A stretch of 64,000 bases of DNA. Source: a virus. Position numbers and translations under genes: made by a program. The DNA is taken from IMG/VR virus record IMGVR_UViG_3300027844_002282; one strand, 5' to 3'. The stretch's first letter is position 1; each line of letters opens with the position of its first letter. The notes under the pieces were generated by a model, which saw only the letters and a list, made by a program, of their open reading frames with translations, was not told where the DNA came from and searched no databases. Positions 33,003-43,639 of this stretch are shown here, piece after piece.

Positions 33003-34752
33003 ATGTAAAGTGTATATTAGCAACAACTCCCTGCGGGAGAGGATTTTTAAGAACTCTACCGATAGCCATCCAGGCAGCACCAGCGACACAATCAAGAAGA
33101 TCATCCGTGGTTATATCAGCCTGTGGGTCAGGAAAAATCTGGACCCCCCTCTGTGTTGGTCTATACTTAATATTAAGCATTTCACCAACAACCAAATCGC
33201 TTCCATAAAGAACCAATTCTCTCCTGTCCATGAGATCGAATAGGTTTTTGTAGTAATTAGCCTTTGGACCTCTTCCAAATGGTAACTGCTTGGCGTAAAA
33301 CCCCTTATTACTCAGGTAGCTTATGGAATGAACACTATTCCACGTGTCATATGTTACTGATATAGGCTTAAATATTCTTGCTATTTCAAGAATTTCATCA
33401 TCCAACTTTACAATATCAAGACCGACACCTGGCTGTGGTTTCCAGACCGCGTGGAAGGCTAATACTATCTTAAACCTCTTTTCCCCAGACGATGTGACAT
33501 ATCTCACTCTTTTAACAACAGCACAAGCGTAAGTGTCGTGTTTTGAGGCCGGGTCAATATGCATAAAGTATTCACAGCCACGGTCTCTTTGGTCCTCCAT
33601 ACTAAGATTAGGGTCAACTGCACCCATAACCTTGTCTTCAGGGAAGTACTTATGTACAGAGCCCATTGTAGACCACATTGCGCCAAACTCAATATTGAAA
33701 GCCTCTGGGTCTTTACTTCTCAACATTGTCAAATAGTCGCCATCATATGGGAATTCATCATTAATATCCCATGTTGCAAGGTGAAACCCAAGAATTCTGT
33801 CAAATTGCTTATCAATACTCTGCCCCTGCTTATGTATTGAATGGAAAATTCCAGACGGAATACCAGTCGTGGATAACTCCACCAACTTTCCTCCACCATA
33901 TGTGTCAAACTTTGCCATGGACGGAATCAAAGCGTTATAGAAGTCTCTTCCTGAAACAACTGGGTGTTCAGTGTAGTACTGTAGCTCATCAAACAGGATA
34001 CAAATAGCTGAATAACCACGCAAACTGTCCGGGTTACTATGTCCGCATATCAAAACAATAGATCCCTCAACAGCGATATTCATATCTGGATCGTCTTTTT
34101 TTCTAAGATCGATATCTGTATACAATCTTATCTCAGATGACGAGTCTCCCTTTCCCTGAACTCTCCCCTTAAAAAATGGAGCATTTCTTATCCTCGCCTT
34201 AACTTGTGAAAACAATCTTCCACCCTGTTTCTGGGAGTTTGCCACATTCAATATTGCTATCTCTTCATCGTATGGGATGTTATAATGCTTATATGGATCG
34301 CCAAGCTTGATTAACTTGTACGACTCGTAAGCGCAAATAACTGATGCGAGAAGGGTCTTGCTCGCACGTCTACCGCAGGCGAGATTTAGTTCCATAAAAT
34401 TGAAATTGTGAGGTTCTCCGGGATTGACCCCATCAACTTTTCTTTTTAACTTTTCAATGGCCGAATCTTGGCTCTTGGCGTATAGCCAGTTCCATTCTTC
34501 ATCCGTAAACTCTGTTTTTTCATTACCAGGAGTTCCGTAATAGAATGATTTGAGAATAACTCTCTGACTTAAAAATAAAACAAGGTTGTTTTTAGGTAGG
34601 GCCATCATGTCGTCCCTTTCACAAAAAGATATAACATCTATTAGACCTTCTTCAGTCTCGCCTTCTTCTATAACAAGATTATTCTTTTTTCTTATTTCGG
34701 TGACAGCGTTAGATAAGAAATTAACGTTGTTCCCTTTATTTTTCTTTTCCAT
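33001..34752 (-). CDS. terL: Terminase large subunit
   Basis: Walker A ACGRRASKT, LRG...ILFDE Walker B, STT motif III, nuclease HIDPA...D and TDDLLD. Confidence 0.9.
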   Translation of the reverse strand: MEKKNKGNNVNFLSNAVTEIRKKNNLVIEEGETEEGLIDVISFCERDDMMALPKNNLVLFLSQRVILKSFYYGTPGNEKTEFTDEEWNWLYAKSQDSAIEKLKRKVDGVNPGEPHNFNFMELNLACGRRASKTLLASVICAYESYKLIKLGDPYKHYNIPYDEEIAILNVANSQKQGGRLFSQVKARIRNAPFFKGRVQGKGDSSSEIRLYTDIDLRKKDDPDMNIAVEGSIVLICGHSNPDSLRGYSAICILFDELQYYTEHPVVSGRDFYNALIPSMAKFDTYGGGKLVELSTTGIPSGIFHSIHKQGQSIDKQFDRILGFHLATWDINDEFPYDGDYLTMLRSKDPEAFNIEFGAMWSTMGSVHKYFPEDKVMGAVDPNLSMEDQRDRGCEYFMHIDPASKHDTYACAVVKRVRYVTSSGEKRFKIVLAFHAVWKPQPGVGLDIVKLDDEILEIARIFKPISVTYDTWNSVHSISYLSNKGFYAKQLPFGRGPKANYYKNLFDLMDRRELVLYGSDLVVGEMLNIKYRPTQRGVQIFPDPQADITTDDLLDCVAGAAWMAIGRVLKNPLPQGVVANIHFT

Positions 34753-34754
34753 TT

Positions 34755-36071
34755 TTACACATATTTTTCTAAGATATAACTCGGTAAAACTATTATATTC
34801 TCAACTTCATTGTCATATGTCATCTTGAGTGGAACGTCAAAATATCCATTCCTCTCTACAATTCCACTATGTATAACCTCTCCAGCTATACCGTCATATT
34901 TAGTTCCCGAATCAATGCATGTCATCAGTTTTGATTCTTGCAATGTCATCCTGTCTTTTTCAAGTGATTGTCTTATGGAATCTTCCACACCAGTCTTTGC
35001 GAACGAGACAAATGAGCAAAGCTTGGTTTCAGACTCTCCACCTTTCAACATGACATATACCTTTGTTTTGGTTCCGTCTCTCTTGTCAAATGCTAAAAAT
35101 CTATCTTTTACATAGTCCCCATTCTCTTGTGTCCCAACACTTATGTCGCCATCATTTGGTGGTTCTGGGACTATGATTATATCATCGTTTACCTTGTAAC
35201 TCGATATGGCCTTGAATATCGGATACCATAAATTGTTATAGTATGTCTGAGACATTAATGGGAACTTTGAAATCATATCTCCAAGTGGCTGGACCTTTGT
35301 CATGATCAAGCCCTTATCAAATTCAATACAGAATGGACCCTCATCAGTCGAGAAGTATAAGATATACTCTCCAGTATGCTCTCTATCTATCCCGGAAAAA
35401 GAGGTCTTAAAAGGAAGCCTTTCAATCACATCGTCGCTCATCTCAGATAGGGCTCCAGATATCCATGGAACATCTTTATTGGCCATTACCTGCATCATAG
35501 CTCCAGAGACGTTTGCTTCGAGGAAATCTCCAAAATGAGTTCTGATTTCCTTATATATTTTCTTCAATTTTCTCTTTAACTTGATCGTGTCTTTAGAATA
35601 TGGGCTCTTAACGTCGTGGTATCCTATTTCTAATATATCGATACCCTCTTTTGCATCGTTAACTGACTCGTCCGCCTCAAATTCCGCAATTGTATTAGAC
35701 ATTATTTCGGCATAATTATCTATCATGGTCTTAAAATTGTTAATTTTTGTCTTTAGACTGCCAGATTTACTATCGCCCTTCATATTCTCAATCATATTTA
35801 GGAAAGTCGTCAAAGCCATATTGAATTTATTTATAACCCTTGTTCTGATCTCATCAGGGCTAACCTTGTCTTCATAATCGGCCATTCTCGTCAGTTTGTC
35901 AGAATTCTCCCAATAGAATAGGCTCGCCTTAGAGGTCGCTTCCTGCATAGTTGGATAAGAACCCTCATCACCTATAAAAGGAAGATAATCATCTGAGCAG
36001 AACAGTTCTGTATCTGCATAAATGATTGAAAAAACGTATCCAGCATTCTTTTTATATATTTTTAGATCCAT
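34755..36071 (-). CDS. Hypothetical protein upstream of terL
   Basis: 438 aa, preceded by a late-promoter motif at 36098-36125. Confidence 0.65.
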   Translation of the reverse strand: MDLKIYKKNAGYVFSIIYADTELFCSDDYLPFIGDEGSYPTMQEATSKASLFYWENSDKLTRMADYEDKVSPDEIRTRVINKFNMALTTFLNMIENMKGDSKSGSLKTKINNFKTMIDNYAEIMSNTIAEFEADESVNDAKEGIDILEIGYHDVKSPYSKDTIKLKRKLKKIYKEIRTHFGDFLEANVSGAMMQVMANKDVPWISGALSEMSDDVIERLPFKTSFSGIDREHTGEYILYFSTDEGPFCIEFDKGLIMTKVQPLGDMISKFPLMSQTYYNNLWYPIFKAISSYKVNDDIIIVPEPPNDGDISVGTQENGDYVKDRFLAFDKRDGTKTKVYVMLKGGESETKLCSFVSFAKTGVEDSIRQSLEKDRMTLQESKLMTCIDSGTKYDGIAGEVIHSGIVERNGYFDVPLKMTYDNEVENIIVLPSYILEKYV

Positions 36072-36134
36072 ATGACACCTATATTTATTACATATTGCTT
36101 CTATAAACGGGTATGTAAACCCTTTTCCTAAAAA

Positions 36135-36899
36135 TTAGATATGAGCTTCTACTATGGGTACTTCAATGACTTTTTCATGGAAGAATGAGTGCCCCCAGAG
36201 GCCATCCTCTCCCATACAATCCCCGTGGTCTGAACATAGAATAATATCTGTGTTTTTCATCTTCGGAGATTGAAGTAATCTTTCGATCATTTTATCAAGA
36301 TACTCTATACATCTGATCTGAGCAGATCGACACCGTTTATCACCCCAATTAATTGGCTCATCATTTTCTCGTATCCTATAACTGTGATGAGTTTCTCCAA
36401 AATTCATAAATAAGAAAAACTTCTTATCTGTAGGTAATTCTTCAAGAACATAGTCAATCTGTTTCTTTGCAACCGTGAACTCTCCAAAGAACCCGAACTT
36501 CTTAAAATCGTCAATTGCCGAAATGTGCGCTGGTTTATTTATATTGAACCATCCAACAGCACCAGTTCCAACAGTATCATACCCCTTCATATTGAATCCA
36601 TGAACAATATTTCTCCCGTCAAGTTGAACATGAGCATCTCCGGGGGACTCTGGGTTATTCAATCTCCACCACTGGCGACCATCTGTCTTCCTACCCGATC
36701 TCGCACAAGTATCGAAAGATCCACTACGTGTATGGGGTAATTTTCCAATGAAGAATGAGGTATGAGCCGGTAGAGTATATGTCCCATGTGTAAATGCCTT
36801 TTCAAATGGGAACGATTTTATTGTCGGCAAGTTAGCGTCTCTGAACGTGTCCCATCTTAAACTGTCAAAAACTATTAATGCTTGATTTCTCATTTCCAA
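36135..36899 (-). CDS. Sulfatase / alkaline-phosphatase superfamily enzyme
   Basis: FDSLRWD, TYTLPAHTSFF (Thr at the nucleophile position), ETH, CSDHGD, WGH, VP. Confidence 0.75.
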   Translation of the reverse strand: MEMRNQALIVFDSLRWDTFRDANLPTIKSFPFEKAFTHGTYTLPAHTSFFIGKLPHTRSGSFDTCARSGRKTDGRQWWRLNNPESPGDAHVQLDGRNIVHGFNMKGYDTVGTGAVGWFNINKPAHISAIDDFKKFGFFGEFTVAKKQIDYVLEELPTDKKFFLFMNFGETHHSYRIRENDEPINWGDKRCRSAQIRCIEYLDKMIERLLQSPKMKNTDIILCSDHGDCMGEDGLWGHSFFHEKVIEVPIVEAHI

Positions 36900-38125
36900 T
36901 TTATCTCGTGAATATCTCCATTAAAACCATGTGGCGTAACTCCAACAGGTAGATACCTCTTTAAAATCTGAATATCTTCATTTCCAAACTTCAAACCGCT
37001 CAAATCTACGGGTCTCTTCCTTACTATTACGCTTATATTATATCCATACTTTTTTACCCTCGCTAATGAACAGTCGAATCCAGCCAGGATGAGATGCATA
37101 AGGAGTAACCCAGCGTTCCACAAAGATACGTGTCCGCCAACGATCTCGTGTTTTAATGGAGGTACTGTTATGGCTAAGACCCCATCGTCGGTAAGGTCTC
37201 TGTGTATCTTCTTCAAAAATTCATTAGGACTTAATTGGTGTTCGAGAACATGAGAACACCATATACAATCGAACTTCTTGTCGAATTCATGATCACTATA
37301 GTCCCCAACTATATCGGCGTGTTTTCCATGGACATAATCTATAGAGGTAACGTCCTTTCTACACGACTTAAAAGCCGCCTTATGGTTCCCATGTCTACCG
37401 CATCCGATATCAAGTACTGATTTGAACTCGAAGTCGTTGACGAGCTTTGAAATGCATTCGTGAGAATGCATTTCAGTAAAAACAATCGGCTTTCTCTTCG
37501 TAATAATAGCTGCACTGTCAATATCTATTTTCATATCAAGAAACTTTGATATTGTATTCCATTCTTCTTTAGGGAAAGATGTGACATCTTCAAAATTAAC
37601 ATTTAGACAATCAATACCCTGATTGCTTACGTGTTCAACCATTTTATCTCTAAACCCGTTCCATTTTTCTATCCTACCCTTATAGTGCTTCGGGCTCAAC
37701 TTGTTCATCTTAGCCGAAGAAGCGGCTTGGTTGTCAATGTTTCTATGGAGAACGATGACTCTTACATCTACACCTGAATCTTTTAACTCTTTCAAGAATG
37801 GAAGGTCGTATGTTCTATATGATTTAGTCGCTACGACATCTTTGTTTTTATACTGGTTATTTAGGAATTTCTTATAGTCCTTAATATTCTCTTCACCCCT
37901 CTCTATAACACTCTCGATTGGTGGCGGGTTTTCGCAAACAAATAATTTCTTGTATATCTTCTTTATCTTATTTATGTGGGGCTCACTCTCAAAATATCCG
38001 CCTGGATTGAATTTGTCTTCAGTCTTCGTGTCCTTCACGAACGCTCCTGATTTCCTCAAAACCTTCATCATGTATGAAGACCCAATCCTCCCCATCCCAT
38101 ATGTTAATACAATCAATTTCTTCAT
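36890..38125 (-). CDS. Sulfotransferase-like domain fused to class I SAM methyltransferase
   Basis: GMGRIGSS, NPGGYFE, LHRN...SS, VNFED; then VLDIGCG, FDCIWCSHVLEH, G.L.ITVP. Confidence 0.75.
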   Translation of the reverse strand: MKKLIVLTYGMGRIGSSYMMKVLRKSGAFVKDTKTEDKFNPGGYFESEPHINKIKKIYKKLFVCENPPPIESVIERGEENIKDYKKFLNNQYKNKDVVATKSYRTYDLPFLKELKDSGVDVRVIVLHRNIDNQAASSAKMNKLSPKHYKGRIEKWNGFRDKMVEHVSNQGIDCLNVNFEDVTSFPKEEWNTISKFLDMKIDIDSAAIITKRKPIVFTEMHSHECISKLVNDFEFKSVLDIGCGRHGNHKAAFKSCRKDVTSIDYVHGKHADIVGDYSDHEFDKKFDCIWCSHVLEHQLSPNEFLKKIHRDLTDDGVLAITVPPLKHEIVGGHVSLWNAGLLLMHLILAGFDCSLARVKKYGYNISVIVRKRPVDLSGLKFGNEDIQILKRYLPVGVTPHGFNGDIHEINWK

Positions 38126-39525
38126 ACCAATTTCTCCAAGAAAGAAGTTTTGTCGTCACTAATGATGATACTTATTTTACCCTTATATTTATCAAGTATG
38201 CTTCTGTACGCTTTTGTTACCCCAGGCCAAGCCTGATTTTTGTAATCGTCAATAGCGATCACTCCGCCCTTAACAACATACGGGAACATCATTCCAAAAT
38301 CAGAATTTACAGCCGCCTCGCTGTGTTCTCCATCTATATACACGAAATTAAATTTTCGCCCTTCTATTTCTTTCTTAAGCTCGCATGAGGGGATGAAAAA
38401 ATGTTTATGGTTGGATAGCTTGGAGATGTGCTCGCAAAATTTTTCTCTAAATTTACCAATATTATTAGCCCCGTCTGTATTTAATCCTCCAGAGGCGAAT
38501 TTATCATTCAGTGGATCACATGAATACAATTCCCAATTTGGGAAAAGTGACATCATCATGTTAGAGATAAAAACAGTCGTCTTCCCAGCCTTCACCCCAA
38601 TCTCACACATATCTCCAACGATGTCTTTTTTCTTAAGCGAGAAAAATATATCTGCCATATCACCCATGACTTGTTTCTGACTTTTTAGATCCTCAACCTT
38701 TTTTGCTTCCCCTATAGCATCCCTAATGATCTTATTTTTCAAAGGTTCTGGGTATACCTCGTTATAGACTTTTCCCTTCTGTCGCCGTTCATTAAGTCTC
38801 TTGAAATGGGGGACATCCATCCAGTTATCTGGCCAGACTTGTGTGGCAGTTTCAATCCTCTTGCAATTCTTAAAATGTAAGTAGCATCTTTTGTCAATTT
38901 TACTCTCAGAAGAAGAATAGTTATTTAAGACTTCGCAGAAATCACCCTGTATATAATAAGACTCCGGGCAAACCTTGAAAACCCTTGGCTCGAATGTCGC
39001 TACCAAGTCTGGACTAAAATGAGAGATGTGATCCCCACTAAGATTTATTCCATGGAAAAACGTCTTCCCAAACTTTTTGTAGTTAGAAAGATCGGCGACC
39101 ATATTTGGCGTGGCTATCATATCACCATCCCACTTACAAACAAAGGATCTACTCGTGAGGGATAAGGACCAATTATAATAGTACGCAAGATCATGTATGG
39201 AGTCTTCTGGAATATCTCTATGACCGGGGCCATTATGATGCATCTTGAAAGGATATTGATATATCTTTATTTTATCAGAGTTAATATTCCTTATAATATT
39301 TTCTGTATTATCTTCCGAGCCATTTAGTGTAACGATTATCTCATCGAAAAACCCAAGTACAGACTGAATACTTGGTAGTATAAACTCTTCTTCGTTCTTT
39401 ATCCTGATCATTGCGGAAATTCCATCTTTCCTATTCTCAAGCCAGTCTTTTTTTATAAAATACTTTTCTACCCCTTCTCTATTTTTAAGATGCATTTTAA
39501 CCTCTATAGAATGGTTCCGAACCAT
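38122..39525 (-). CDS. GT2-like (CgtA-like) glycosyltransferase fused to a Methyltransf_24/TylF-like domain
   Basis: ISAMIRIKNEE..DEII..SEDNT, YYNWSL, KWDGD; EIGV..G, YIDGEH, GGVIAIDDY..WPGV. Confidence 0.75.
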   Translation of the reverse strand: MVRNHSIEVKMHLKNREGVEKYFIKKDWLENRKDGISAMIRIKNEEEFILPSIQSVLGFFDEIIVTLNGSEDNTENIIRNINSDKIKIYQYPFKMHHNGPGHRDIPEDSIHDLAYYYNWSLSLTSRSFVCKWDGDMIATPNMVADLSNYKKFGKTFFHGINLSGDHISHFSPDLVATFEPRVFKVCPESYYIQGDFCEVLNNYSSSESKIDKRCYLHFKNCKRIETATQVWPDNWMDVPHFKRLNERRQKGKVYNEVYPEPLKNKIIRDAIGEAKKVEDLKSQKQVMGDMADIFFSLKKKDIVGDMCEIGVKAGKTTVFISNMMMSLFPNWELYSCDPLNDKFASGGLNTDGANNIGKFREKFCEHISKLSNHKHFFIPSCELKKEIEGRKFNFVYIDGEHSEAAVNSDFGMMFPYVVKGGVIAIDDYKNQAWPGVTKAYRSILDKYKGKISIIISDDKTSFLEKLV

Positions 39526-40325
39526 TTATCTAATTTATCAGACCCTACCGGGATCTGCTTATCAATAAGGGCAGCAAGTAATTTGTCAACCCTATCGGTG
39601 TGAGAATTAACATATCCTATCCCAAGAGATGTCGTGGGAGCGCCAAGCATTAAAGATTCAAGCAAGCATGTTGAATTTATCCCTATCACACGCTTAGAAT
39701 ATCTTGCTATATCTAAAAAATTTCCAGTGCTTGTCACTTTATTTTTGGCAGAACAGGTGACCTTTATTGAATTCGGGTCTAACGGGTGACCCTTGAAAAT
39801 TATTTTGTCTTCTGGATATATCCTTTCAACATAGTTAATCAACGCCTGCATCTTTTTGAAAGGGGAAAACTTCAAAATATTTGTGTCCCCCTCAAGCTGT
39901 AGCGGGCATAGTATATTCTCTCCACCGACCCAAGGTTTACCACCAATGTATTTTTTTTTGAAATCTTCTAAAGATTTAATATGTGCATCCGTTATCCATG
40001 ATAAGTCATCTGACATCAAAGATCCATGCCCATTTATACCCATAGTGTCAACAAAATAGTTCGATCTTTGCGGAAACCATCCAACCTCAACAATCCGATG
40101 CGGAATGTTCAATTTTCTACAAAGGTGTTTGATATGGCTTGTCGATTCCATTTCACCATTCCATATCATTACAAAATCATACCTCTTGCTTGTAAGCTCA
40201 GATTCTGTAATCCTCTTTCGACAAACATTTATTTCAACTATATGACCCTTGTTTTTGCAATACGATTCAAAGCCTTTAAGCCATGGACCAAAATGATCAT
40301 CGAAATAGTCATAAAACCCTACCAT
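39504..40325 (-). CDS. Capsule-synthesis (KpsS/KpsC-like) glycosyltransferase
   Basis: IWNG, VEVGWFP..VDTMGIN, PLQLEGDT, FKGHP, INSTCLLESL; paralog of 23640-24566. Confidence 0.75.
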   Translation of the reverse strand: MVGFYDYFDDHFGPWLKGFESYCKNKGHIVEINVCRKRITESELTSKRYDFVMIWNGEMESTSHIKHLCRKLNIPHRIVEVGWFPQRSNYFVDTMGINGHGSLMSDDLSWITDAHIKSLEDFKKKYIGGKPWVGGENILCPLQLEGDTNILKFSPFKKMQALINYVERIYPEDKIIFKGHPLDPNSIKVTCSAKNKVTSTGNFLDIARYSKRVIGINSTCLLESLMLGAPTTSLGIGYVNSHTDRVDKLLAALIDKQIPVGSDKLDKWFGTIL

Positions 40326-40337
40326 AATAATTAGTCC

Positions 40338-41051
40338 TCAAAATTTAATACCATGTTTTTTATGGAACAGATTCGAATTTCTCCCGTTGCTGCCACCCTT
40401 CTTAGCTAATTCAGAAACTTTATGATGTAGATGTCGTGTCGTCGAAAACTTATGACTTTTGCATAGTATCTTAATATTTGCTGCACGTTTAGAAAAATCG
40501 AGATCTTCGAAGCCCCAGGCTCCATCAAAGCCCTCGTCAAAACCACCAATTTTATTCCAGAGAGCCTTTGTGAAACAAACGTTACCACCATAAGCCTTGG
40601 ACCAATTGATACCAACCAATGGTTTTCCATCTTTGAAATCTTTCCTTCTCGGATCTTTTTGTTGTAGGAACTTTCCGTTCGAATTATATCGATCAGTCAT
40701 ACCAACGGAAATAACTCCTGGGTGGTGCCAGAAAACACGGTCATGACCCTCAAAGTATTTCTTTTCTGGAGCGCAATCCGCATCGAGTAAAACAATGTGC
40801 TCGTGTTTCGCGAGAGAAATACCAATATTTCTATTGCCATTCAATCTGTATTGACCAGATTGGCCACGCTGGTAGATATGGTTGAAAAAATTAGAATCTC
40901 TCGCCCAATCCATAGTTTCGTCTGTTGATTTGTCATCAACCAAAATTATCTCAAGGCATCTCTCGTTTTCACGGATTCGATCAAGGACTATCATTAAAGA
41001 TTCTAATTTATTATAGCTGCAAATAACAACGCTATACGGCAATGTGTGCAT
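40338..41051 (-). CDS. GT2 family glycosyltransferase
   Basis: SVVICSYN, VDDKSTD, RNIG, LDAD, GGFDE...WGFED. Confidence 0.85.
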   Translation of the reverse strand: MHTLPYSVVICSYNKLESLMIVLDRIRENERCLEIILVDDKSTDETMDWARDSNFFNHIYQRGQSGQYRLNGNRNIGISLAKHEHIVLLDADCAPEKKYFEGHDRVFWHHPGVISVGMTDRYNSNGKFLQQKDPRRKDFKDGKPLVGINWSKAYGGNVCFTKALWNKIGGFDEGFDGAWGFEDLDFSKRAANIKILCKSHKFSTTRHLHHKVSELAKKGGSNGRNSNLFHKKHGIKF

Positions 41052-41842
41052 TACTTGGCCTCATCCGGTGGTTCATATTCAAACATACCAAGAAGTCTTT
41101 CTACGCCAATTGGAAAGTCGTCAAAGTTGTCTGGTTTTGGGAGTCCAACTTCTCCATCGTAACCTTCGCTCTGTCTTTTCTTGGCCTTGTCCGCTTGCTC
41201 TTGATACGCTGGCATTGAAGAATAAATTTTCGCATGACTAATACTTTTTTCGTCGCAATTTTTAGGGAAGACCCAGCCGAGATGATAAATTGGTTTTGGT
41301 GGCATGGTCGGCGCGACTACTGGGTCGATCCCCCCCTCAAAAGTCCAAGCGTCTCCCATGAGGGAAATGCTTGGTACGTTCCGAACCATCCGAATCGCGG
41401 CGCTGTATGCTGCGGCACCTTTTGGCAAGGGTGTCCACGATCCAATAAAGTGGTTAAACATGAATTTAACGGAGTTTACTTTCCCCTGCTTACCTTCAGA
41501 AATTCCTTTGATGAACTGCCAGTTGTCTTCGTGAATAATTTCGTCCGCCTGAAGATAGTAGACCCATTCGTGTGAACATCTTTTTAGCGCCTCTGAAGAT
41601 ACGGTAGCGATAACTTCACCGTGAGCACTCTTCTTCCAGTTAGTTCTAAAAAGTTTAACCTTTTCGGGGTGAAGGTATCTGAATTTTTCCATGTATACGT
41701 ATGTGTCGTCATCTGAGTGCCCCTCGCTGATTACGATTTCATCAGCGAAATCAAGACAAGAATTTAGAGATTCCCAAAACGGATAACCATTTCTCATCCC
41801 GTTTCTAATTACGAAACACACTGATATCCCAGGTTTTTTCAT
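41051..41842 (-). CDS. GT2 family glycosyltransferase
   Basis: ISVCFVIRNG, DEIVISEGHSDDDT, YYLQADE. Confidence 0.8.
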   Translation of the reverse strand: MKKPGISVCFVIRNGMRNGYPFWESLNSCLDFADEIVISEGHSDDDTYVYMEKFRYLHPEKVKLFRTNWKKSAHGEVIATVSSEALKRCSHEWVYYLQADEIIHEDNWQFIKGISEGKQGKVNSVKFMFNHFIGSWTPLPKGAAAYSAAIRMVRNVPSISLMGDAWTFEGGIDPVVAPTMPPKPIYHLGWVFPKNCDEKSISHAKIYSSMPAYQEQADKAKKRQSEGYDGEVGLPKPDNFDDFPIGVERLLGMFEYEPPDEAK

Positions 41843-42930
41843 ATTTTTTCGATCCTTTCGAGTAACTGGTTATTAATTGTAAAAATAGCCTCGGCAGAAA
41901 CGTGCTTAGCCCAATCCTTATCGAGATCTTCCACCGTTCTCAACTGCTTCAACATATCTCCGATACATTCCTCGTTTCGAGACTCATTTGGGAAAAACAA
42001 ACTCTGCGTCAAAATCCTAATCAACTCCTTGCGCCAGGTTTTCTGACCGATCTTGCTTTTGACCGTCAAGTCGATCATCCGATCAATATCAAAACCGTGA
42101 ATTATTTTCGGGCTGTGCGTCGTAAAAACTATTTGACAATTTGGGAAACATTTTTCAATGCAGCCAACCAGAGCCATGTGACGACTCAACTCTACGTGCA
42201 TCTCTACGTCATCGATCAACACCACAGATGGCATTATTTCCTTGTTTAACAACGTTGTGAAGCACTTTATGATCTTTTTCTCCCCCTTACTACACTCTCG
42301 GTCAGAAATCGTCTCATTGGGCTTAGTTATCGTCAATCCTAAAACGTGTTCATCCATCTGTGCGGCGCGATTTTTTAAGTTTCCGTTGTTAAGATTAACT
42401 GTGAACGGAGACATCGGACACTCGACTTTATCCACCTTGTATCCTGTAACGGATTCGAAGAGTTCTTTGAATTCTTCCCATTGTTCAAGTCGAAGTTGAA
42501 AAGTATGTAGCTCTTCGTCATATCTCGTCCTGAAAGATTGACGCATGAGCGTCTCCGCAATCTCCTTCGGGTGGCCCTTTTCACGGAGGTATCCACTCTT
42601 GTCGATGGCGATACTATAATCTCCGAACTCGGAACTAATCTCCGCCTCAATCAAAAAGTTAGCCTTCTCCTGCTCTGGCACGGTCATCTGTTTGTAATTA
42701 CGAATGCATTTTCTCATTGACACCTCAATTCTATCAGAATCGTATGCGGCGAAGGTTGACATCGCGAGAGTTATAGCGTCTAAAATCGTAGTTTTACCAC
42801 TGCCGTTGGGACCGAACAGGCCGAACAGTAGATAGATACCCTCGTCATTTGAGAAGTTTAAGTGAAAATCTTCGTAACACTTAAAGTTTTTAAGAGTAAG
42901 ACTTTTGATCGCTAATCGGGGTTGAGACAT
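41839..42930 (-). CDS. ABC/SMC-type ATPase (AAA_15/AAA_21-like)
   Basis: LKNFK, GPNGSGKTT, signature SKGEK, Walker B VLIDDVE, TTHSP. Confidence 0.85.
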   Translation of the reverse strand: MSQPRLAIKSLTLKNFKCYEDFHLNFSNDEGIYLLFGLFGPNGSGKTTILDAITLAMSTFAAYDSDRIEVSMRKCIRNYKQMTVPEQEKANFLIEAEISSEFGDYSIAIDKSGYLREKGHPKEIAETLMRQSFRTRYDEELHTFQLRLEQWEEFKELFESVTGYKVDKVECPMSPFTVNLNNGNLKNRAAQMDEHVLGLTITKPNETISDRECSKGEKKIIKCFTTLLNKEIMPSVVLIDDVEMHVELSRHMALVGCIEKCFPNCQIVFTTHSPKIIHGFDIDRMIDLTVKSKIGQKTWRKELIRILTQSLFFPNESRNEECIGDMLKQLRTVEDLDKDWAKHVSAEAIFTINNQLLERIEKI

Positions 42931-42935
42931 GGTTT

Positions 42936-43346
42936 TTATCCTTCTTTTTGAAATATCATTTTTTCTATTAAAATATCATGGAGTAGACTGACGTGAAACG
43001 TGAGTACTACACCGGCCCCCGTTTCTTGCATGCTAAAATGAACATGACTGAACAGCGAAAACGTGCTGTTGTATTCTTGCGGAGTGATCTCCACAATTTT
43101 TTCGATAAATTTTGAGAGATGACTTCTTACAATTAACTCACCGATAGTATCGACGTGGAAGATTGATATTGAAGCGGGCTTCAGCTTTTTGAAAGTGGCG
43201 GTTAGACGAGAGTCGCCGCCGCATAAATAACTTATTGGAACAGTGAAATTCACTCGCCCCTCTTTTCTCACACGCACATGCTTGATGAAGTCTTGCTCAC
43301 CTGTTGCTTTTAATAATTTGGAGCATATTCTTTCGCCTAAATTCAT
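42936..43346 (-). CDS. Hypothetical protein
   Basis: 136 aa, first gene of the leftward block. Confidence 0.55.
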   Translation of the reverse strand: MNLGERICSKLLKATGEQDFIKHVRVRKEGRVNFTVPISYLCGGDSRLTATFKKLKPASISIFHVDTIGELIVRSHLSKFIEKIVEITPQEYNSTFSLFSHVHFSMQETGAGVVLTFHVSLLHDILIEKMIFQKEG

Positions 43347-43639
43347 AAAAATGGCCCTATAAAAATTAGTTAGTCACTTCGTAATTATACACCTATGCAA
43401 AATAACTTACCCACTAACGTTAGTATTTTCTTACTTCTTTGATCCCAACCTACTTCCTAACTCTTCCATATAAGATTTTCATAGTACGCCCCTAATTATT
43501 AAAATAGATGCGCCTCCATTTTTACTATAGGACCCCTCTGGGATAATTTATTATCCCTTTAAACTAGTCTATAAGGGCCTATTTTTATAACATGTACATA
43601 CCGTGATACCAAGGGGTTACGACACAGTACTTTGGCCCT

